Positions 1-9,375 of a stretch of 64,000 nt of DNA are shown here, one piece after another. The notes beneath the pieces were generated by a model, which saw only the letters and a program-made list of their open reading frames with translations, made no database searches and was not told the origin of the DNA. The stretch lies in the IMG/VR virus record IMGVR_UViG_3300025606_000003, positions 32,001 through 96,000 of that record. One strand, written 5' to 3'. The DNA comes from a virus. Taxonomy: Duplodnaviria > Caudoviricetes. Position numbers and translations under genes: made by a program. Each line of letters opens with the position of its first letter. Position 1 is the first letter of the stretch.

Positions 1-502
1 GCAAAAACTTAACCACCTCAGTTGCGAGAAACTCGTTTTCTGCGGCGCTGGGCGTCAGACATTGCAACGTGTGGCTGCCAGCCCAAAACCCCGCGTAACT
101 TGACGCACCCGAGTAAATATTGTGCCCGGCCTGATCCCCGATACCAACACGTTGCCACTGCCAGGCGTTTCTTTTGATTAGAATTGCCGGGCGTTTGTCG
201 GCGGTAGCGGGCTGCCAGCGCGTAATACTTTCTATCAAAATGCCGCCCTGGTGCAAACCGTTATCAGACGGTTTCCAGGCACCAAGCGTCTCGAGCTGTC
301 GCCGAATGCGCGGTTCTTCGATATTCTTCGGGTCAGAAAAATGCGTTAAAAGTAGCTGGCGCAGTAAACCCGTCATCACGTGCGGGCGCATGCCGTACGA
401 GCACAGGCTGCTGACGGTGTTTAGTCGGTTCTCTGGCTTGGCGCCGTCTGGAAACAGCGCCTCGACTTCGGGCGGGTTTTGCTGATTGTTACAGTCGCTC
501 AC
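1..502 (-). CDS. Partial gene (runs off window): probable tail completion/terminator-type virion protein
   Basis: Not in the ORF track. Open from GTG at 502 to the edge: MSDCNNQQNPPEVEALF...GILIESITRWQPATADKRPAILIKRNAWQW...GSHTLQCL. Function inferred from position after the neck genes and the RPAILIKR segment. Confidence 0.45.
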   Translation of the reverse strand, partial: MSDCNNQQNPPEVEALFPDGAKPENRLNTVSSLCSYGMRPHVMTGLLRQLLLTHFSDPKNIEEPRIRRQLETLGAWKPSDNGLHQGGILIESITRWQPATADKRPAILIKRNAWQWQRVGIGDQAGHNIYSGASSYAGFWAGSHTLQCLTPSAAENEFLATEVVKFL

Positions 503-528
503 GGCCGGCCTCTTTTCAGATTACCAGG

Positions 529-1809
529 CTAAAAGTTCCAGAAGTCGTCGGGCGGGGAAGCGGGGCCGGGAAACTGCTGCTCGGTTTCCACGCCTTCGCT
601 GCGCTCGGTAAGCACGGCCTCGCTGCTGTCTCCCAGGATTTCCGTTTCCCAGAAGACCGTCAGCTGGCCCGCGGCGACAACCGTGATAAATTGCGTATTC
701 GGGCCGTACTCGCCGGGCTTCTCAAAAAGCACGGCGTAATTGCCAGGATCTAATAACAGCGCGTCTGCCCAGCGCCCGTTCGCGCCAGTTGTAGTACTGG
801 CTACAGCGTTAGCTCTGGCTGGGTAGTCTGGTTGCGCGGCATCGTAGATATCTTTTGGAAACACATACACACGCGCACCCTCGACCGGATAGCCCGTCGC
901 GTCAGCGTACGCTAAATAATCCGGCGCGTTGAAGTTATGGTCTACCGGAACGATGCCGCAGCCAATTTGCGGCGGCACGGGCCCGGGACGCGAGGCTGGT
1001 TCGCCGCCAATCTCGATAGCGTAAATAGAGCTTGAGAACGGAATCAACCCCATTTGAATGTTGTAGACAAGCGGCACGCCACGCATAGCCGCCGCAACCT
1101 GAATGCTGTGTACCAACCAGCGCTCGTCGCTGGTGCCGTTTACCCAGATGTCGTTGCGGTTAATGCTCGGAAACCCAATTACGCGGGCGGTGACTTCGGC
1201 GTTCTCGCGGGTTGTGCCCTTAAGCTGACCGTCTTGCTGCTCTGTAATAGTCTGGGTTGACAAGTCCCAGCATTGCATAGCCAGCGGCGGGTGATAACCA
1301 ACCTCGAAGCTGGTGCCGTTACAGATCGGGCAATTCGAGTCCAGCACCTCGCCAGACAGCTCGTCGCGACAGCGCTTGCACGGCCGCCCGAATCGGTAGG
1401 GCTTGAGCAAAAACCCCGAAACACTAACGTACTTGTGCCGGAGCTGCTCTTTCCGGATAACTTCACGCGATAGCACCCAATCGCGCTCAGCCAGCTCCCC
1501 GAAACAGCTGACAGCTTGGCTGACATAGATATCTTTGTCGGTTGTCAGCGTAACCCGGTAATGCGTTAACAGGTCGCTGGCAGAGTTGCGCCACGCATCG
1601 TCATACGCAACGTAGCCGTCAACAATCGGGTTTCCGACGTTATGCCAGTCAGGAGAATCGCGCAGCCCGGTGTTCCCGAACTGCAGCTGAAAAATGCGCG
1701 GGCCGGGGTCGTTAAACGCTGGCTCTAGCTGCCACCAGACCCGCGTAACGCCGCGGATCATGTTGTCCACAGCGACCTGACGAAACGGAAATAAACGCGG
1801 TTGCGACAT
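529..1809 (-). CDS. Probable neck/head-closure protein with Zn-ribbon insert and C-terminal beta-sandwich
   Basis: 426 aa; CKRC...CPICNGTSFEVGY Cys cluster; DIWV..ERWLVHSI segment; lies downstream of the capsid and adaptor genes. Confidence 0.5.
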   Translation of the reverse strand: MSQPRLFPFRQVAVDNMIRGVTRVWWQLEPAFNDPGPRIFQLQFGNTGLRDSPDWHNVGNPIVDGYVAYDDAWRNSASDLLTHYRVTLTTDKDIYVSQAVSCFGELAERDWVLSREVIRKEQLRHKYVSVSGFLLKPYRFGRPCKRCRDELSGEVLDSNCPICNGTSFEVGYHPPLAMQCWDLSTQTITEQQDGQLKGTTRENAEVTARVIGFPSINRNDIWVNGTSDERWLVHSIQVAAAMRGVPLVYNIQMGLIPFSSSIYAIEIGGEPASRPGPVPPQIGCGIVPVDHNFNAPDYLAYADATGYPVEGARVYVFPKDIYDAAQPDYPARANAVASTTTGANGRWADALLLDPGNYAVLFEKPGEYGPNTQFITVVAAGQLTVFWETEILGDSSEAVLTERSEGVETEQQFPGPASPPDDFWNF

Positions 1810-1815
1810 GTTTTG

Positions 1816-1821
1816 ATTATA
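1816..1821 (-). promoter_or_regulatory. Possible -10 box (TATAAT) for a leaderless transcript
   Basis: Minus strand gcagcTATAATcaaaacATG: TATAAT 6 nt before the ATG at 1809, no SD. Confidence 0.3.
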
Positions 1822-1831
1822 GCTGCAGAGC

Positions 1832-1877
1832 GCTGATAGCTAAGAAAAAGACGCAACGAGCAGTCAGAGACTGCTCG
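1832..1877 (-). terminator. Hairpin + T-rich tract + TTAGCTATCAGC box
   Basis: 9-bp stem cgagcagtc/gactgctcg (1857-1877), then minus-strand ttgcgtctttttc-TTAGCTATCAGC. The same box ends units at 62568 and 63296 and recurs at 63985. Confidence 0.6.
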
Positions 1878-2447
1878 CTCTCGGCGCGCGTCCGCCGCAG
1901 AATGTCGTACTACAGGGCCGCCCGCCGGGGCGACGGTCTCGTATTGACTCAAACCCAATCTGGTGGGTTCCAACCTGCCGCAGACCTTGGCATGAGGTTG
2001 GCTCACGTGTTTGTTGGCACACGCTGAAGCCTGGACTGCGATGTTGCCGCCACGGTCGGGCGCTCCCCGACGCGTCCGTCGGATTGGGTTTGCGACGTGC
2101 TAGCGTTTCGCAAAACCACAACTTTCTGCCGAGGGGTACGCCCCAAGGCGAGGCTGTCGCAACAACCTCCGGTGTGCGGGTGGCAGAGCACTGTATCCCA
2201 CAGTGTTGACTTCGCTGCAGTCTTGCTGCAGCTGGCTTGGACCCTTTTTGGCTTCGACGCACTGACCAAGCAGAAGTGCGTAGGTTCCGCGACGACCTCT
2301 CGGTCGCCGGTACTTCACCGGGCGCCGGAACAGCGCTTTCGGGAAGGCCGATTTATCGGCGTCAGCAGCGACTCGGGTGCTGCCGCAGCAGCGTCGATGG
2401 CGGCGGAGTCGTTGCTATCGCCAGCCATCCAAGATAGCTATTACCCT
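1843..2447 (-). ncRNA. Candidate large structured non-coding RNA (about 600 nt)
   Basis: Intergenic tract without a credible ORF; at least 10 helices, including an 11-bp long-range helix 1950-1960/2082-2092; GAGA tetraloop on the minus strand; bounded by the conserved promoter and the terminator box. Confidence 0.65.
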
Positions 2448-2454
2448 ATCAATC

Positions 2455-2483
2455 TATATGCCCGGTTTTTGCCCAATATTTAG
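2455..2483 (-). promoter_or_regulatory. Bipartite promoter CTAAATA-N14-GGCATATA (copy 1)
   Basis: Identical boxes and 14-nt spacer length at 63253-63281 and 63929-63957. Confidence 0.7.
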
Positions 2484-3499
2484 TACCGGAGCCGGAGGCC
2501 GCTGGCGTAGGCGCTGTACTTGTAATTGCTCGTTACTTCGCCGTAGCAACCCTCAAGATTCAGGCTAGCTTTGGTAGCGCGCACCCACTCGCGGTACGCC
2601 TGCCAGCGCATTTGCCCGGCCTGCTCGTACATGGGCGCCTTGTTCTGGTCGTTGATCTGCATGCCCGCGGCGGCATACTGAAAATCATTCCGGCGGTACT
2701 GCTCGGCCACCATGAAGAACAGGTTGGCCACAATTCCTTCCAGCCAGTGATAGCGGAACGGAAAGTTTTGCGTGTTGTAGACGGCGTCAATCGGCGGCGG
2801 GATCTCGTTCCAGTACATAACCGGCCGCGCGATCGCCAGCGCAATCTCGGCGTCATCAAACATGAGGTTATCGAGCAGGTAGCTTTCGCCGGGACTTGAG
2901 TCGCGCAAATGCAGCCGGATTTCTGCGATGCTGGGCGGCCCACCGTTTTCATTGTCTGGACCGAACAGGCTGCGCGTTATGACCAGCGAGAACGTGTTAG
3001 AGAACACGACGCACGGCAGGTCTTGGCTTTCTGCGACTGTGCTAACCAGCGCCATCTCAGCGTAGTAAATACCTGGCAACTTCGTCATCTCGGCGGTCAA
3101 CTCCGCCTCAACGCGCCCTTCAGCCGCGTTTACGACCGCGGCCTCGACTTCAAATGGCGGGCGTGCATTGCCCCACGACAGTTGCTCTTTCAACCGAAGC
3201 ACGACGCGATAGTCGATTACCGTAGACGAGCTTTCTAAGTCTTCTGGAAAGCCGCACGCTTGCAGACTTACTGGGCGCCCCTCTTTGTCGTGCAGTTGCC
3301 AGGCGACTGTCGCGCACTGGCCCTGGTTCACAGCAATAGACCGCATACGCCCAAGAACAGGCGCGCCGTTTACTGTGCTGACCGAAGCGCTGAGAATGTT
3401 CTGCCCAGCGCACGACACCGGAAAAAGACCGCCGACGGTTGTAATCGGCGCGGGTGTCGGGATTACGGGCTGAGAAGCTGGCGTAGCAATCACAACCAT
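2480..3499 (-). CDS. Probable head-tail adaptor with N-terminal BppU-like Ig domain
   Basis: 339 aa; N-terminal NAAEGRVEAELT...PGIYYAEM; C-terminal EIRLHLRD...FDDAEIALAI...YWNEIPP helical domain; downstream of the capsid gene. Confidence 0.5.
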   Translation of the reverse strand: MVVIATPASQPVIPTPAPITTVGGLFPVSCAGQNILSASVSTVNGAPVLGRMRSIAVNQGQCATVAWQLHDKEGRPVSLQACGFPEDLESSSTVIDYRVVLRLKEQLSWGNARPPFEVEAAVVNAAEGRVEAELTAEMTKLPGIYYAEMALVSTVAESQDLPCVVFSNTFSLVITRSLFGPDNENGGPPSIAEIRLHLRDSSPGESYLLDNLMFDDAEIALAIARPVMYWNEIPPPIDAVYNTQNFPFRYHWLEGIVANLFFMVAEQYRRNDFQYAAAGMQINDQNKAPMYEQAGQMRWQAYREWVRATKASLNLEGCYGEVTSNYKYSAYASGLRLRY

Positions 3500-3578
3500 A
3501 TCGTCACCTCGCGCAGAAGAGCGTAGATATCACGACAACAAAAGTGATAAAGATGGCGCGCATGGCGAATACCTACGA

Positions 3579-3612
3579 GAAAAGGCTGGCCGCTTGCGCA
3601 GCCAGCCTTTTC
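3579..3612 (-). terminator. Intrinsic (bidirectional-type) terminator after the capsid operon
   Basis: Inverted repeat gaaaaggctggc/gccagccttttc with A/T tails. Confidence 0.75.
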
Positions 3613-3639
3613 AGTGGTCACGTTAGCCGGCAACAAAAC

Positions 3640-4005
3640 TCAGTCGTCGTTCTGTACCCAGTCGGACGTGCCGGTCCCAGCCGGATCCCAGCCGGGATCG
3701 ACCGTGCCGAGCACGCGACCGTGCAGCGCCAGGGCCGCCGTCGTGTCGTCTGTCGTGCTCTTGAGGTAGACGGCCGGGGAGCTGACAATCTTGAGGCTGC
3801 CGCCCACCAGCGCGGCCTCGAGGGCCTTGAACTGACGCAAGCTGCGCTTCGCGCCGAGCTTCGTTACAAGGTCGCCCGGGACCGTGTACGTCTCGTTCGC
3901 CTCAAGACGCTTGCCGTGCGTGCCAAGAAAACCGAACACCGCGGTGGCGCCCGACGTGTTCTCAACCGTGGTGTATAAACCTGTGGTAACCGGAACGTAT
4001 GTCAT
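3640..4005 (-). CDS. Hypothetical virion protein
   Basis: 121 aa, SD acggag upstream, in the capsid operon. Confidence 0.6.
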   Translation of the reverse strand: MTYVPVTTGLYTTVENTSGATAVFGFLGTHGKRLEANETYTVPGDLVTKLGAKRSLRQFKALEAALVGGSLKIVSSPAVYLKSTTDDTTAALALHGRVLGTVDPGWDPAGTGTSDWVQNDD

Positions 4006-4021
4006 GAATTTCTCCGTTTCT

Positions 4022-4405
4022 TTACTCGGCGTTGCTCGCGGCGAGCGCGGCAGCCGATTGCAGGGTCAGCACAGCCGACGCGATGTCAGCCTGATTCGCC
4101 GCGGCGCGGGCAACGTCGTCCCACGCGGCAGCCTTTTCTGTTACGGCAGCGCCTGGAACACCTAACAGGGCGTCCAGCTGATTGCTCGCAACAGTTAACG
4201 CCGAAACGTTAGCAGCCGCGGCTTTCTCTTGCTCAACCGCGTAGAGCACGTGGAGCTTTTGCGCCACGGACCACATTTCCGCGGCTTCCTTTTCAGAGCG
4301 CGGCGCGACGCCGTTCGCGGCGAGCTTCTCGAAAAAGTATGGCGCTGCAAGCTTCGCCACAATTGTGTTGTATGCTTGCTCGGCCGCGGCCTTCACATTG
4401 TCCAT
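4022..4405 (-). CDS. Ala-rich head protein with K-x-A motifs
   Basis: 127 aa, SD aaggagg; VKAAA, EKLAA, EKAAA x2. Confidence 0.65.
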   Translation of the reverse strand: MDNVKAAAEQAYNTIVAKLAAPYFFEKLAANGVAPRSEKEAAEMWSVAQKLHVLYAVEQEKAAAANVSALTVASNQLDALLGVPGAAVTEKAAAWDDVARAAANQADIASAVLTLQSAAALAASNAE

Positions 4406-4428
4406 GGTGCCCTCCTTGGCACAGGGTT

Positions 4429-4461
4429 GGGAGGCGGGCGTTTACAACGCGCCCGCCTCCC
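4429..4461 (-). other. Strong stem-loop after the major capsid gene (mRNA stabiliser/attenuator)
   Basis: 12-bp IR gggaggcgggcg/cgcccgcctccc with no U-tract. Confidence 0.55.
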
Positions 4462-4479
4462 GTCCTCAGTTTAGAAACT

Positions 4480-5406
4480 TCACTTGAAGTCCACGCGGGC
4501 CAGACCGTTCGTGTGACCGAACGAGCCACCCTGCGTGTTATAGGCAAAGTACTCGAGCATGTAAGCCTCACGACGGATGTACATCGTGGTGGGCTCGAGC
4601 TCGTAATTCTTGCCAATGAACTTGGGTGACGCAAACATGAACAAGGAATCGTCGGGCACGAGCGAGCGTTTGATTGTCACAATCCAACGGGTGTTGAGAA
4701 AGTTAGTTTCCGCCCAGCCGTTCTTGATGATGTCCTGCGAGAAGTCACCGCCCATTTCGTCGCGACCGAACTTGAGGAGTTCCTTGATGGTGATGTTATT
4801 CACCAAGCAGGTCTCAACCTCGAAGTGCGAGGGCGTACGGGGCATGATCTTCAGGGCATCGACGAGCGTTTCGCGCGTGATACCGCCGTGGATCTCCTCG
4901 TACTGCACCGCGCCAGACGCCACGTTCTCAACACCCGGGGTCGGGAGTACGGCGTTGAACGCCGCGATGAACTTGGAGTCTTCTTCCGCCAACATGTCTT
5001 TGATCATGTTGTCAGAAAGCACCTGCCGGATGTCGATCACGTAAGTCCGAAGCTCGTCGACGTCCTTCTGCGCGCGGGGCGACACGATCCGGTCAAACAT
5101 GACGCGGTAACGCGGGCCACGGATGTAGAAGTTAATCGGGAGCGTCGCAAACGGGAGCGACACAGCCGCCGGAGAATCGGGCTCCTTGTCGACCACCTTC
5201 ACCGGCTTGTCCGTGTCGACCTGGCGGTCGAGCTCGTCATTGGTGATGGTGAGCGGCGGCATAATCCGCCGGTAGAACCCGTCTTCACGCATCTTGGTGC
5301 GCGTGAAGTCGTTAACTGCATCAACGGCCTGCTTCTGCATGCCGGGGGTATCGAGCTGCTCGAAAAGAGTCTCGTTGAGCAGCTGGATTTCTTGCTGAGT
5401 GGGCAT
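4480..5406 (-). CDS. Probable major capsid protein (HK97-type fold)
   Basis: 308 aa; SD ggaggt; strong C/G-ending codon bias; FTRTKMREDGFYRRIMP and DELRTYVIDIRQVL...DMLAEEDSKF pattern; canonical order protease-scaffold-decoration-MCP-adaptor. Confidence 0.7.
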   Translation of the reverse strand: MPTQQEIQLLNETLFEQLDTPGMQKQAVDAVNDFTRTKMREDGFYRRIMPPLTITNDELDRQVDTDKPVKVVDKEPDSPAAVSLPFATLPINFYIRGPRYRVMFDRIVSPRAQKDVDELRTYVIDIRQVLSDNMIKDMLAEEDSKFIAAFNAVLPTPGVENVASGAVQYEEIHGGITRETLVDALKIMPRTPSHFEVETCLVNNITIKELLKFGRDEMGGDFSQDIIKNGWAETNFLNTRWIVTIKRSLVPDDSLFMFASPKFIGKNYELEPTTMYIRREAYMLEYFAYNTQGGSFGHTNGLARVDFK

Positions 5407-5445
5407 TATGGAACCTCCATGTTCCGTGGGTGATTAGGGGTGGAC

Positions 5446-5994
5446 TCAGGCGGCCGCGCCGGGGAGCCACACAGTCCAGAAGGACAGCGCGAAAACCCCA
5501 TTGTGGTTCTTGGCCTTGCCGCTCGACACCACGCCGACCACCGGCGTGACATACTGCGTAACGGACGCATTGGTGATCCGACCGCCGGTCGTGGCATTCG
5601 AATCCGAAGCCACAGCGGTGAGCAGATCGCCCGGGGTGTAAGTCCGACTCGTGTCGAACTCACTCGACGCAATTTCGTAACCGCCCGTCGCCACGAGACC
5701 AGACATCTTGCCGGTCGGGGCGATGGCCCGGTGCATGAAGTTGCCAGAGGCAGTCGTGCCGGGGTTGCTGACGTCGGCGTCGGTCGAGCCGTTCAGCAGG
5801 AAGATCGCTACGCCGGTACGATGCGCGCCGGGACGGAAGTCGCCCGCCGAGTCAACGTACACGACGCGGCCGCGGGGCACGTCAAACGAGACACTGGCCG
5901 ACAGCTTGGCGTCGTAATCGAGCGCCGCCATGTCGAACCAGCCCTTTTTGACATCCAACCCCTTTTCGGTGATCAGATTCGGAGCAGTAGCCAT
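5446..5994 (-). CDS. Probable capsid decoration/cement protein
   Basis: 182 aa, beta-rich (YTPGDLLTA...VVGVVS), SD ggaggt, directly upstream of the MCP gene. Confidence 0.55.
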   Translation of the reverse strand: MATAPNLITEKGLDVKKGWFDMAALDYDAKLSASVSFDVPRGRVVYVDSAGDFRPGAHRTGVAIFLLNGSTDADVSNPGTTASGNFMHRAIAPTGKMSGLVATGGYEIASSEFDTSRTYTPGDLLTAVASDSNATTGGRITNASVTQYVTPVVGVVSSGKAKNHNGVFALSFWTVWLPGAAA

Positions 5995-6058
5995 ATCAAG
6001 ACCTCCATGTCTTTCTTTGGTTTGAGGAACATCCTGTTCCTCGAGGACGAGTTGTAGC

Positions 6059-6487
6059 TCAGGTAGTGGGCGGATTCAGTCCAAGACCCTGGAACAACTT
6101 AATGTCCGAAGCCTTGAGGCGACCGTCGCGGGCACCCACATACCCGCTCGTCAAACTATTCGAAGGGTCGTAACCGGCGGTTTTAACAGCGGCTACCGGC
6201 GTACCTAAACGCGACAGCTCAGCCGCGTTGCGATGAGTCGCGAGCTTGATCACAAGCTCCATTGCCTGTACCGGGTTGCTAAGCGCGCGCGCAAGGGCTT
6301 CTTTCTGTTGCGGTTCAATGCGCTCATTCTCGACGCACGCCTTTACGGCGGCGGGAATCAAGCCGGCGAGCTTTTCAGCCTGCTCGTCGCGCTCTTTGAG
6401 AACAGTCGCTGCCTTGGTCAGCGCGGCGTCAGAGTAACCGATGTAATCGATTACTTTCTGCACGAGCGCGTTGTTGTTATCAGCCAT
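6059..6487 (-). CDS. Head assembly protein, hypothetical
   Basis: 142 aa helical, SD ggaggt; TKAAT, EKLAG, VKTAG. Confidence 0.55.
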   Translation of the reverse strand: MADNNNALVQKVIDYIGYSDAALTKAATVLKERDEQAEKLAGLIPAAVKACVENERIEPQQKEALARALSNPVQAMELVIKLATHRNAAELSRLGTPVAAVKTAGYDPSNSLTSGYVGARDGRLKASDIKLFQGLGLNPPTT

Positions 6488-6508
6488 GGTTAAAAACCTC
6501 CAGTGAAA

Positions 6509-7861
6509 TTATCGGTTGACGAGTTCCAGAACGTGCTGCTTCATGATGTCCCGCAGTTCGCGCGAACGCTTGGTGCGGGCTTCCTTGACCTGGAACTTGC
6601 CGCTCCGCTTGAAGTTGACAACAGCAGCGCCAATGGCGTGCAGATCGTTCGCGGCAGCCATCTTCGGGGCCATTTCGGGGCCGCCCATGCCAGCAGCAGC
6701 ACCGCCGGCCATTTCAGCGCCGCCCATGCCGGCCGCGCCGCCACCGGCCGCAGCGCCCCCATGCGAGTGCAGGGCTTGGAGCAGCGCCTCGGGCGGAATG
6801 CCGAGCTCTTCCAGCGCCATCGCAAGCTCCTGTACAGCCTCGTCAGGCGACGGCGACCCGCCACCCATGCCGCCCATGTCGCCACCCATGCCGCCGCCCA
6901 TGCCGCCGCCCATGGCTTCCGGGCCGGCGCCGGTCGCAGCCAGCTCTTCGCCGCCCGTGCCGCCGTCGGGGCTGGCGCCAGACTCGTCGTCGCCGGGGGC
7001 GCTGTGATCTTCACCCTCGGCCGCCTCATCCGACGGGTCAGACGCCGCGGTCTTGGCCGTCACGAAACCGATGAACAGGTCCGCCATCTCGTCGGCCTCG
7101 CGGAGCGTATTCGCGCAAACGTCGCGAACACCGGCTTCGGCCGCGGCCTTATCCATACCAATCGCAGCCGCAAGCTCGTAGCCGGCGCTAAAAGCTGCTT
7201 TTTTGTCGTTGCGCAGCGCGGCAAGATCAGAGCCTTCAATCTTGCCGTCACCGTCTACATCAAGCTTGTGCTGGCCGCCCTTAAGTTCGCCCTTAGACGA
7301 ATCTTTCTTTTTCGTCAAAAACTCAGGCGGAAGTCCAGCAATTTTTTCACCGTTGGAAACCGCGGCTGCGTTAAGCAGGTCGGCAAGAATCTCGTTACCA
7401 AGATTGTTGCATTTGGCGTGCGCCTGCTTGAACGTCACCGAGCTGTACTTCTCGCCATCGTTGGCCTTGGCGGGATGCGACGTGCCGGGGTCGTCCTTGG
7501 TGCCCTTGTAATCTTTCTCGGCGGCCGGATCCTCGCCAGTAGCGGCCACGTTGGCGCCAATGTTAAGTTGCACCTCGTCTTGCCGACCTTCTTGCGACAT
7601 CTCAGGCGTGTTGTCGACAGCAAGCGCGCCCTGCTGCTTCTTGATGTCGGCTTCATACTCACGCGCACGCTCGCCGGTCTCGGCCGACTGTACGCTGTTA
7701 TCGACATGCGCAGTCGGATGCGAGGAAGCGCCGACATACGTGCCGGGGTCCGCCGGAGTCGGCCCGGCCGACTTGGTCGACGCGGTCTTTACAGAGCCCT
7801 GCGAAATTTCCGCGGCGAGGGCGTTTAACTGCGCAAACAGAGAGCCTTGCATCCGTGCCAT
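6509..7861 (-). CDS. Probable scaffold/internal core protein
   Basis: Start moved to ATG 7861 (SD aaggag). Acidic, Gly/Met-rich, many K-x-A sites, EF-hand-like KLDVDGDGKIEGSD; lies between protease and MCP. Confidence 0.55.
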   Translation of the reverse strand: MARMQGSLFAQLNALAAEISQGSVKTASTKSAGPTPADPGTYVGASSHPTAHVDNSVQSAETGERAREYEADIKKQQGALAVDNTPEMSQEGRQDEVQLNIGANVAATGEDPAAEKDYKGTKDDPGTSHPAKANDGEKYSSVTFKQAHAKCNNLGNEILADLLNAAAVSNGEKIAGLPPEFLTKKKDSSKGELKGGQHKLDVDGDGKIEGSDLAALRNDKKAAFSAGYELAAAIGMDKAAAEAGVRDVCANTLREADEMADLFIGFVTAKTAASDPSDEAAEGEDHSAPGDDESGASPDGGTGGEELAATGAGPEAMGGGMGGGMGGDMGGMGGGSPSPDEAVQELAMALEELGIPPEALLQALHSHGGAAAGGGAAGMGGAEMAGGAAAGMGGPEMAPKMAAANDLHAIGAAVVNFKRSGKFQVKEARTKRSRELRDIMKQHVLELVNR

Positions 7862-7903
7862 GATCGTCTCCTTGAGGCCCGCGCGGCAGCGCGCGGATTT
7901 CAT

Positions 7904-9364
7904 TCACGTGACATAATTTTGCAGAACACAATGGTTTGCTGTCAACAAGCAATTTCCATATTTCTTTGTAAAAGCGGCAAAAGCAGCAAGTTTATACAAA
8001 GCGTACTGTTGCGCAAGGGCCGCAGCCGCAGTATTTGAAGCCGTCTTTTCTTTTACCAATTCGGTGATCGGCGCGTTACGAAGAGCCGCGAGATAAGCTC
8101 GCGTCTCAACATCGTTCGGGCGTGCGCTATGTGTATGTGCTACTTTTTCGGCCCACACGCGCGTTTTAGGCGCGGCCGCAGCGGCCGGAAAATACGCGTT
8201 ACCATCAAGTGTAGCAATTATGTCTGGGTCACTGGAAAGTTTTGTAAAAATTCCGTCCAAATTTGTGGCCACCGCTCGCGTCATTTCGGTGTTAGCGGCT
8301 TTCAGGGTAAGAGCCAAAAATTCACGGACCGGCAAAATGACCCCGGCATCAGCAAGCGCGCAGCACACCTCAGCCAGTTTGACGGTATCGCAGAAGTTGA
8401 AATCAATCGCCGGCTGTACAACTGGTGACGCCGCCAGCGCTGTCTGTGTCCAGCCGGATGAGTTGTGCGCAGCCGCGGCTTCAGCAGTGGCCAGCAATTC
8501 AAGCGCTGCCAGCTGCGCGGCGACTTTACGCGAAATGCCGTCTTCGATATCAAACCCAACCGGCGCTGTGACGCCTAATTGCTCAGCCAGTGCAGCGCCA
8601 GAAAGAAGTCCTGCGGATGCGGCTTTCTCGAGCCGGCCAGAGATATAGGCGATTCTGTCGGCCGGCCGAAATACGTGCGAAATATCGAAAAACGTCGGGT
8701 CTGGATTGTCTGCGTGCAGGATGTGGCCGTCTTCAAGCACGCGACCCAGGTTTCGTTTCAAGCCGCCAGCCTTGCAGTGTCCGCCGTTCTCTGACGCGTC
8801 GCAATACTCAGCGCGAGTTCGGGCTTTGTTGCCGCAAGAGCTGCACTTATCAAACGGGATTTTGCAGGCCATCGATACGCCAATGTCGTCGCCCTTAGCC
8901 AGCTTTTCCATCTCTTTGTCGGCGAGCAGCCCGCCGTTGCGCGCGGCAACTTCTTTGCTGCCGTTCAGCGCGCACACAAGCTCGATACGCTTCATCGGCT
9001 CGTTGTAAGCAGCGACTTTGACGACGCCGTAGCTTTTGGCCGGATTCTTGTTGAGATGGTCGCGGTAGAACTTGGCGAACTTCTCGAACGTGTGGTTGTA
9101 CTTCTGGCAGCACGCGCGGGTAAACCCGTCGGCGTTGCGGTTGGGGCCGTAATCTTCTGTAGCGCCGATAGCAATCAAGTGCACAGGGATTTCGTCCGCT
9201 GCAAATTTTACGCGCGTGAGCTTGTCGGCAAACTCGTGGCCGGCGCGCTTCACGAACGCTTCTTTGTCGGCGCCCAACAGGCCGCGCGAAGAAATCTTGA
9301 TCAGCGCGGCGACAGGCTCGCTGAAATCTTGCGCGTTCGGCTGAATGACTTTGATCATGCTCAT
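7904..9364 (-). CDS. Prohead maturation protease (HK97/assemblin-like) with Zn-ribbon insert
   Basis: 486 aa; NRNADGF, YRDH (His), GVSMAC (Ser), CSSCG..YC..HC insert, FFDISHVFRPAD. Confidence 0.7.
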   Translation of the reverse strand: MSMIKVIQPNAQDFSEPVAALIKISSRGLLGADKEAFVKRAGHEFADKLTRVKFAADEIPVHLIAIGATEDYGPNRNADGFTRACCQKYNHTFEKFAKFYRDHLNKNPAKSYGVVKVAAYNEPMKRIELVCALNGSKEVAARNGGLLADKEMEKLAKGDDIGVSMACKIPFDKCSSCGNKARTRAEYCDASENGGHCKAGGLKRNLGRVLEDGHILHADNPDPTFFDISHVFRPADRIAYISGRLEKAASAGLLSGAALAEQLGVTAPVGFDIEDGISRKVAAQLAALELLATAEAAAAHNSSGWTQTALAASPVVQPAIDFNFCDTVKLAEVCCALADAGVILPVREFLALTLKAANTEMTRAVATNLDGIFTKLSSDPDIIATLDGNAYFPAAAAAPKTRVWAEKVAHTHSARPNDVETRAYLAALRNAPITELVKEKTASNTAAAALAQQYALYKLAAFAAFTKKYGNCLLTANHCVLQNYVT

Positions 9365-9375
9365 GGTATAGGTAC

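Noticed and set aside
1862-1875. tcagagactg resembling the group I intron R element
   Set aside because: It is part of a simple hairpin; no matching S element or interrupted gene found.
1758-2483. Short ORFs (72-132 aa) in the gap between the neck genes
   Set aside because: No convincing SD, Arg/Ser/Cys-rich non-coding-like composition, mutually overlapping; dense helices and promoter/terminator fit an RNA better.
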